Source: a virus
Length of the DNA stretch: 64,000 bases
Reading direction: 5' to 3' (one strand)
IMG/VR virus record: IMGVR_UViG_3300044632_000653
Below the pieces are notes generated by a model. It made no database searches. It had not been told where the DNA came from and was given only the letters and a program-made list of their open reading frames with translations. The translations under genes and the position numbers were made by a program. The number at the start of each line of letters is the position of its first letter. Position 1 is the first letter of the stretch. Positions 57,866 to 64,000 of this stretch are shown piece by piece.

Positions 57866-59068
57866 ATGAGCGAAGCATTGACGATTGAAGCACCCGCTGC
57901 CCCTGTTTCGGCAGAAACCTCAGTCACCGCACCCAACAAGCACAAGAGGCTCACCCTCTGCATGATCGTGAAGAACGAGGCGCATGTCATCGAAAGGTGC
58001 CTCGCCTCGGTCCTGCCCGTCATCGACTACTGGGTCATCGTGGATACGGGATCGACTGATGGAACTCAGCAGAAGATCCAAGACTTCTTCGACCGAAACG
58101 GCATCGATGGCGAAATCCACAACCGACCGTGGATCGACTTCGGTCACAACCGCAGCGAGGCTCTTGAACTCGCACAGAAGACCGACACGGACTACGCCCT
58201 GATGATCGATGCGGACGAGATCCTCGTCTTCGATCCAGGTTTTGATCCCGTGGCGTTCAAGGACAGCCTCACCGCCGACCTGTACAACATTTTCGCACAG
58301 TTCGGTCAGACCCGATACCACCGTCCTCAGTTGACGAGCAACAAGAAGCGGTTCTACTACCGTGGCGTTCTCCATGAGTATGTGGATTGCCACGACCCGA
58401 TTGGAACCCGTGATTTTGCTCGTGGGTTTATGAACACGCCGATCCAAGACGGTGCCCGTTCGTCCGACCCGCAGAAGTACGCCAAGGATGCGGTGAAGTT
58501 TGAGGAAGCCCTCGCATCGGGCAAGGTCGAGGAGAAGGACTTCAACCGCTATCACTTCTACATGGCGCAGTCGTACCGTGACTCGCAGCAATGGGAGAAG
58601 TCCCTTGAGGCTTACCTCAGGAGGGCTGACCTCGGCGGTTGGAACGAGGAGGTCTTCTACTCGCTTTATCAGGCGGGTCGGATCATGGAGATCCTTGAGA
58701 AGCCTGTGGACAACATCATCCAAGTCTACTTCAAGGCGTACCAAACCGCCCCTTGGAGGGCAGAGAGCCTGTGGGCTGCGGCACGACTCTGCCGTTCGTT
58801 CAGCCGATTCGACCAAGGCTACAGGTTCGTCAAGCAAGGTCTCAAGATCCGCTATCCCGAGGGTGCCCTCTTCGTCGGTCAGGGGATCTACGATTGGGCA
58901 CTCCTTGACGAGTTCGCCATCGCCGCATATTGGACGGGGAACCACCGTGAGTCGAGGATCGCTTCGATCCAACTGCTCAAGGAAGGCAAGTTCCCTCCCG
59001 ATCAGAAGGATCGCATCGAAGCAAACCTCAAGTTTGCATCGGAGTCGCTCCTCAACGAAGCCGAGTGA
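57866..59068 (+). CDS. GT2 glycosyltransferase with C-terminal TPR-like helices
   Basis: LCMIVKNE..VIERCLASV, IVDTGSTDGT, DFGHNR, DADE (DxD), LHE; FYMAQSYRD repeats; ATAGATA box at 57826-57832. Confidence 0.88.
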   Translation: MSEALTIEAPAAPVSAETSVTAPNKHKRLTLCMIVKNEAHVIERCLASVLPVIDYWVIVDTGSTDGTQQKIQDFFDRNGIDGEIHNRPWIDFGHNRSEALELAQKTDTDYALMIDADEILVFDPGFDPVAFKDSLTADLYNIFAQFGQTRYHRPQLTSNKKRFYYRGVLHEYVDCHDPIGTRDFARGFMNTPIQDGARSSDPQKYAKDAVKFEEALASGKVEEKDFNRYHFYMAQSYRDSQQWEKSLEAYLRRADLGGWNEEVFYSLYQAGRIMEILEKPVDNIIQVYFKAYQTAPWRAESLWAAARLCRSFSRFDQGYRFVKQGLKIRYPEGALFVGQGIYDWALLDEFAIAAYWTGNHRESRIASIQLLKEGKFPPDQKDRIEANLKFASESLLNEAE

Positions 59069-59074
59069 CATGCG

Positions 59075-59081
59075 CTAAATA
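59075..59081 (+). promoter_or_regulatory. Late promoter box CTAAATA
   Basis: Intergenic, before a fibre gene. Confidence 0.7.
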
Positions 59082-59117
59082 GGTGGCAGTTCAGCAAACA
59101 GTCAGGAACTACCACCG

Positions 59118-62100
59118 ATGGCATACAGCGCAATCCCAATTTTCCCTAGCAGCGGAGGCGGCGGGGATGGACGCAGGATCCTCAACACTTGGACGGTCCC
59201 CTCGGGGCATCCATTCGATGCGGGTCATGTGGTCATCTACACCGCAGGGACCACGGGATTTCAACTAGGCATCGCAGACGATCTCGACACGGCTCAGACT
59301 GTCGGCATCGTCGAGGCAACCACGACCGAATCAATTACCGTTGTCTATCAGGGCGAGATCGACTTCGCAGGATCTTCGCTCCTGATAGATGACGGTACTA
59401 CGAGCCTGACTGCGGGTCTCGTCTACTACCTGTCTCCCACGAACAGCGGGTACCTCACCCCTGTCAGACCGCTTGACGGCGCATCCTTCGTCCAAGGTGT
59501 CCTCGTAGCCACCGACACCAAGGAAGGCATCGTCATCAACTCGCTGCCTCAGGCACCGACCACGGCATCCCTCTACACCCCCGTTGGGTCCATCGTTCCC
59601 TTCGCAGGACCCTACAGCGAGATCCCGCAGACTTGGCGCATCTGCGACGGCGCAGCGGTGAGGAAGTCGGGCAACACGCCGATGGATGGCGTTGACTACT
59701 CGACTCTCTACGGAGTGATCGGAGACAAGTACAGGGTCATGGGTCTCGCCTCGGAGGTCACGGGACCCGTCAGCAACATCTACAGGGATGTCATCATCTC
59801 ATTCGATGGCGAGGGGCATGAGGACTACCCAGGAACCACCACCCACGGTTTCGTGGATGCGAACGGCTCCGACACCTACAAGCAATACAAGATCGGTTGG
59901 GGAGGCACCAACGACTTCGCCGTCGCAGCCCTGACCGCCGCATCGGGCTCGGCATCCAAAACTGCTAGGTTCCACTTCCTCGCACCGTACACGGGTACGA
60001 GCGTTGTCAACTTCAGCGGCGTTTCGGTCAACTCGCCGATCACGATCCAATCGCTTTCGGATGGCGAGGTTGCGGGATACACCTCGCAGAGGTTCTTCAT
60101 CCCCGATCTCCGTGCGAGGACGATCTTCGGTGCGGGATACTCGGTGGGTCTGACGGGAACAAACCGTGGCGAGATCAAGGGCAATGACCTGTATCTCTTG
60201 ACCACGGATGACATCCCCGACCACATCAACAAGGTCTACACCTACCCGAGCAACCCCGCTCCCGATGCGGCTGGCGGCGGCACGAATGTCATGGCGGTCA
60301 TCGCCAACAGGGACAACTGCGACATCGCTCAGGCAATCGTCCACGACTCCTCCTTCACGGCAGACAACGAGGCAATCAACCTCCTTCCTCCCCATGTCGT
60401 GACCAATTGGATCATCCGACACCTTCCCTTTGAGGGACCTGGTGTCGAGGTTGGACCGAGGGGTCCTGCGGGTCCTGCGGGACCAACGGGAGCGACAGGT
60501 GGTACGGGAGCAACGGGCGGAACGGGAGCGACAGGTGGGACGGGAGCAACGGGTCCCACGGGAGATGCGGGTCCGTCAGGTCCCGATGGTCCCACGGGTC
60601 CTACGGGTCCCACGGGAGACGAAGGTCCTGCTGGTGAGTGCAACTGCCTTCAAGGAGGAGCAGGTGGAGTCCCTGTCGAGAGCATCTATCTCGCAGCAAC
60701 CTCGGACTATAAGAACGGGATCATCGGCAACGCCTCGGGAACCATCCTTGAGGAGCAGATCTCCACGGACATCCTGTACCCAACCGACTTCGCCTATGCG
60801 ATCTCCTCGCTGACGATGACGGGCGTGAACATCGAAAGCCCCGCAACCTTCTACTACCGTGATCCTGCGAACAACCCGAATGAGCAGACATACTCGTATC
60901 CGAGGACTCGGCAGTTCGCCCCCCATCCGCTCAATGGTTTTGCTCGGGCTAGTGCGGTCAACGGAGCCATCATCACCCCACCAACAGGTAGTGGTGGACC
61001 TGGACAATGTGGCGGCGGTTTGGCTAATCCTTTCAGAATCGTCCTCACGAACGGCGTGTACACCCTCAACAAGAGCATGTACACCAACCTTCCCCGTGAC
61101 CTCTACATCGGCGGTCAGACGGGAAGCGTCATCAATCAGACGATCTCGGGCGTGACCGTCCTTCCCGTGCTTGACTCGGGTGCGACGAGCGTGACTGCGT
61201 TCTCCCTCAGTTTCAACATCGGCACGGCGCAGTCGATGATCGCAGCAACGGGAACCGCCATCGTCATCCCCCCGCCGAACAGCATCGTCTACGGCTCCAT
61301 CCCATCGGCGACGGGCATGTACGGTCTCACCGCCACCATCGAAGGTGCGACGAGCGGCACGGCAGGGTTCTTCAACTCGCTTGCGGGTGGCTATGTGGTC
61401 AAGGGGATCAGCGGACAGACCTTCACGGTCGATGTCCTCACCGAGGCGGGAGCGACCTTCAACTTCGGCAACTTCCTCAATCAGACCTACAACAGGTACA
61501 TCAACAGCATCGATGTCTACCGTGTCACGGTCCACACCACCTCGCAGGACGGCATCTTCTTCTCGGAGAAGGGCACACGCACCTACTTCGGCGATTGGAC
61601 TGTCGCCGCAAACGGATCGGAGATGGGCGGCATCGCCTTCGTCAACGATGCGACGGGCGTGGCTCTCAACGACTCAAGTCTTTCGGGCTTCGCCCCGAGC
61701 GGCTACTACAGCAATGTGAGGGGTCTTGAGACCGATGGCGGCTTGATCAAGGCAAGCGGCTGCGTGTTCATCAACTACCCGATTGCGACACACGCCTTCA
61801 ACGGCGGCTCGGTCTCGCTGAACCACTCGTATGTCAGCAACTCGTACTACGGTGTAGCCGTGGACAGCGGTGCGAATGTGAAGATCGAAGGCAGCGTCAT
61901 CTCCCACTCGGCGATCCCCGTGATCGCAGAAGGTGCTGCGAATGTGAAGATCACCCACGACCTGTCGCATGTCGGCAAGAGCCACATGATCGCCAACAAG
62001 GGCGGCATCTGCACGGTCAACACTCCCTTGGAGATCGGAAGCACCCGAATCTTCGGTCCTGGTGTCTATGCCGAGAACTCAAGCGTGAAGGTGAAGCCGT

Positions 62101-62429
62101 TCACGGAGATCTACTCGCAGAGGGACACCACGAAGGGCGGTAGTGTGCAGATTGATGATGCGGTCACCAACAACAGGTTCGTGATCCTCGCCGTCAACTC
62201 AAGCGTCTCGACTCCTGACATGTACGGTGCGCTCGGGATCTCGGGGATCGACCCCGTCACCAAGACATCGAAGCCGAAGTTCAAGGCGCAGGGAACCCTT
62301 CAGGGCATCAACTCCAAGATCACCCTGTCCTACGACAACAATCCGCTTGTCGCCCCCGTGGTTGACACCGACACCCTTGACGAGAGCATCAAGGGTAACT
62401 CGTCGCAACTCCCGCTCCCAATCGCATAA
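59118..62429 (+). CDS. Tail fibre/spike with collar domain, collagen segment and beta-helix-like C-terminus
   Basis: [26 protein letters not shown], about 20 Gly-X-Y triplets, parallel beta-helix-like periodicity. Confidence 0.78.
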   Translation: MAYSAIPIFPSSGGGGDGRRILNTWTVPSGHPFDAGHVVIYTAGTTGFQLGIADDLDTAQTVGIVEATTTESITVVYQGEIDFAGSSLLIDDGTTSLTAGLVYYLSPTNSGYLTPVRPLDGASFVQGVLVATDTKEGIVINSLPQAPTTASLYTPVGSIVPFAGPYSEIPQTWRICDGAAVRKSGNTPMDGVDYSTLYGVIGDKYRVMGLASEVTGPVSNIYRDVIISFDGEGHEDYPGTTTHGFVDANGSDTYKQYKIGWGGTNDFAVAALTAASGSASKTARFHFLAPYTGTSVVNFSGVSVNSPITIQSLSDGEVAGYTSQRFFIPDLRARTIFGAGYSVGLTGTNRGEIKGNDLYLLTTDDIPDHINKVYTYPSNPAPDAAGGGTNVMAVIANRDNCDIAQAIVHDSSFTADNEAINLLPPHVVTNWIIRHLPFEGPGVEVGPRGPAGPAGPTGATGGTGATGGTGATGGTGATGPTGDAGPSGPDGPTGPTGPTGDEGPAGECNCLQGGAGGVPVESIYLAATSDYKNGIIGNASGTILEEQISTDILYPTDFAYAISSLTMTGVNIESPATFYYRDPANNPNEQTYSYPRTRQFAPHPLNGFARASAVNGAIITPPTGSGGPGQCGGGLANPFRIVLTNGVYTLNKSMYTNLPRDLYIGGQTGSVINQTISGVTVLPVLDSGATSVTAFSLSFNIGTAQSMIAATGTAIVIPPPNSIVYGSIPSATGMYGLTATIEGATSGTAGFFNSLAGGYVVKGISGQTFTVDVLTEAGATFNFGNFLNQTYNRYINSIDVYRVTVHTTSQDGIFFSEKGTRTYFGDWTVAANGSEMGGIAFVNDATGVALNDSSLSGFAPSGYYSNVRGLETDGGLIKASGCVFINYPIATHAFNGGSVSLNHSYVSNSYYGVAVDSGANVKIEGSVISHSAIPVIAEGAANVKITHDLSHVGKSHMIANKGGICTVNTPLEIGSTRIFGPGVYAENSSVKVKPFTEIYSQRDTTKGGSVQIDDAVTNNRFVILAVNSSVSTPDMYGALGISGIDPVTKTSKPKFKAQGTLQGINSKITLSYDNNPLVAPVVDTDTLDESIKGNSSQLPLPIA

Positions 62430-62432
62430 GCC

Positions 62433-62840
62433 ATGTTCAAGCAGCACAAGGACAAGGTCTTCCTCGACGGCATGGAGATTCCTCTCGCCCTTTTCAAGGT
62501 CCTTGAGCCGAACTACTCCCATCCCTCCGACATCATCGTCATGTTCTACGACGGCGAGCGGAGGCACTACAGGACCAAGAACCGTTCGTGGTCGATCATG
62601 GGAGCATGGGACGAGGGTGAAAGGTACCTGTCCCGAAAGGACGAATTCGCTCGACTCATCCGTGGAGAGAACAACGAGACGGTCGCAGCCGAGGTTGAGG
62701 TCGCTAGGGTCAAGTCCGACCTAAAGGCTAAATACGCCGAGGAGGATAAGACCGATGTCGAACTGCACAAGCGGACTGATCTCGACAAGGGCGGAACTAA
62801 AAGAGTACGCCCTCCGAGCAAACGGACACCCCGTAGTTGA
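62433..62840 (+). CDS. Hypothetical protein (3' end overlaps gp13)
   Basis: Genome-typical codon use; contains the late box for gp13 at 62728-62734. Confidence 0.55.
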   Translation: MFKQHKDKVFLDGMEIPLALFKVLEPNYSHPSDIIVMFYDGERRHYRTKNRSWSIMGAWDEGERYLSRKDEFARLIRGENNETVAAEVEVARVKSDLKAKYAEEDKTDVELHKRTDLDKGGTKRVRPPSKRTPRS

Positions 62841-63609
62841 GATCAACATCGCCGACGAGCAACTTGAGGACCGCATCAACGATGCGCTTCAGTTCTTCAG
62901 CGAGTACCACTTCGACGGCGTTGAGAAGGTCTACCTGAAGTACAAGTTGTCTCAGCAGGACATCACCAACGGGTACATATCCTTCACGGCAGACAACATT
63001 CAGTCGGAGACCGCCGATGGCTCGGGTTTCTCCGATGCCGATGCCGTTCAGACGAGCGTCGATCCCGACTGCCCTGAGGATGTCCTCCTACAGAACCTCA
63101 TCGTCAGCGTGACGAGGATCTTCCCGTTCACGCAGCAGTCCGTGGGCATGTTCGATGTCCGCTATCAGTATGCGTTGAACGACCTGTACACCTTCGGGAC
63201 CATCGATCTCGTCCAATACGACATGACTCAGCAGTACCTCCAACTGCTTCGTCAGTTCCTGTCCCCCGACAAGAGCATCCGCTTCAACAGGGTCGCCAAC
63301 AAACTGTACATCGACAGCGACAAGAGGCAGTTCACGGCGGGGATGTACCTCATCATCGAAGCGTACCGCATCCTCGACCCGAGGGTCTACCCCGAGGTCT
63401 ACAACGACAGGCTCCTCAAGAAGTACTGCGTTGCCCTCGTCCGATGGCAATGGGGAGTGAACCTCTCCAAGTACAGCGGCATCAAGTTGCCTGGAGACAT
63501 CACCCTCGACGGGCAGAGCATGATGAAGGACTCTTGGCAGCAGAAGGAAGACATTGAGAAGGAGATCATTCTCAAGGGCGAGTTGCCCGTTGACTTCATC
63601 ATGGGCTGA
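62755..63609 (+). CDS. gp13: Neck protein
   Basis: LKEYALR..GHPVVEINIADEQLEDRI..ALQ...EYHFDG, VYNDR.LKKY, QWG.NL.KY.G..LPG, ELP.DF..G. Confidence 0.93.
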   Translation: MSNCTSGLISTRAELKEYALRANGHPVVEINIADEQLEDRINDALQFFSEYHFDGVEKVYLKYKLSQQDITNGYISFTADNIQSETADGSGFSDADAVQTSVDPDCPEDVLLQNLIVSVTRIFPFTQQSVGMFDVRYQYALNDLYTFGTIDLVQYDMTQQYLQLLRQFLSPDKSIRFNRVANKLYIDSDKRQFTAGMYLIIEAYRILDPRVYPEVYNDRLLKKYCVALVRWQWGVNLSKYSGIKLPGDITLDGQSMMKDSWQQKEDIEKEIILKGELPVDFIMG

Positions 63610-63620
63610 CGAAAGGGAAC

Positions 63621-64000
63621 ATGGCACTCAATCCGTACATCAGAGTCAACAGCAAGACCTATGTCCCCGAGCAGAGCCTCATCGATGAACTGACGGTCGA
63701 GGCGATCAAGATCTACGGACATGAGATGTACTACATCCCTAGGGAGTTGGTCACTAGGGACGATCTGTTCGGCGAGTCGAAGTACTCACGATTCGTCTCG
63801 TTCAAGATGATTGAGATGTACATGGATACCACCACCGCATTTGAGGGCGGTGACACCTTCACGAAGTTCGGGTTTGAGATCAGGGACAGCGTCAAGTTCA
63901 CGGTGTCCCGAAGGAGGTTCAAGAGGGAAACGGGCAAGGACAGGCCCCTTGAAGGAGACTTGCTATTCCTCCCGATCAGCAAGGGTCTCTTTGAGATCAA
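63621..64000 (+). CDS. gp14: Neck protein (truncated by the window end)
   Basis: MALNPY...EQSLIDELTVEAIKIYGHEMYYIPR...D.LFGE...IEMY...FEG...TKFGFEIRD...RPLEGDL; not in the ORF track. Confidence 0.9.
   Translation, partial: MALNPYIRVNSKTYVPEQSLIDELTVEAIKIYGHEMYYIPRELVTRDDLFGESKYSRFVSFKMIEMYMDTTTAFEGGDTFTKFGFEIRDSVKFTVSRRRFKRETGKDRPLEGDLLFLPISKGLFEI

Noticed and set aside
1-64000. Stop-codon reassignment
   Set aside because: Core genes are intact in code 11, and TAA, TGA and TAG all end genes at expected positions (e.g. TAG for gp33 and gp2).

Overview
A 64-kb segment of a GC-rich T4-like (gp55/gp33-type) myovirus genome; the host cannot be determined from the sequence. 1-13.3 kb: tail-fibre/adhesin cluster with tandem repeats, collagen-like segments, a fibre chaperone, a SAM methyltransferase and a very Cys-rich protein. 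13.4-27.3 kb: replication, recombination and transcription genes (class II NrdJ, gp46, gp47, gp55, UvsW, UvsY, RuvC-like resolvase, exonuclease, gp33, gp32) with one AT-rich, palindrome-rich gap. 27.6-64 kb: tail, baseplate and neck module (tape measure, gp51/gp26, gp54, gp2, gp4, gp48, gp53, gp27-like, gp5, PAAR, gp25, gp6, gp7/gp8-like, VrlC-like, two collar fibres, gp13, partial gp14) with a GT2-TPR glycosyltransferase embedded in it. Best leads: (i) a candidate virion-glycosylation system (putatively late-expressed GT2-TPR plus pervasive G-[AILVM]-T-[GA] motifs and added Cys in virion proteins); (ii) near-total avoidance of CCGG/GGCC/CGCG/AGCT/ACGT; (iii) a structured RNA after gp32; (iv) a probable -1 frameshift fusing gp26 to gp51; (v) late promoter boxes that appear to give leaderless mRNAs, and a probable AUA start for gp4. 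All assignments come from recognising motifs and gene order by eye; no database search was run.
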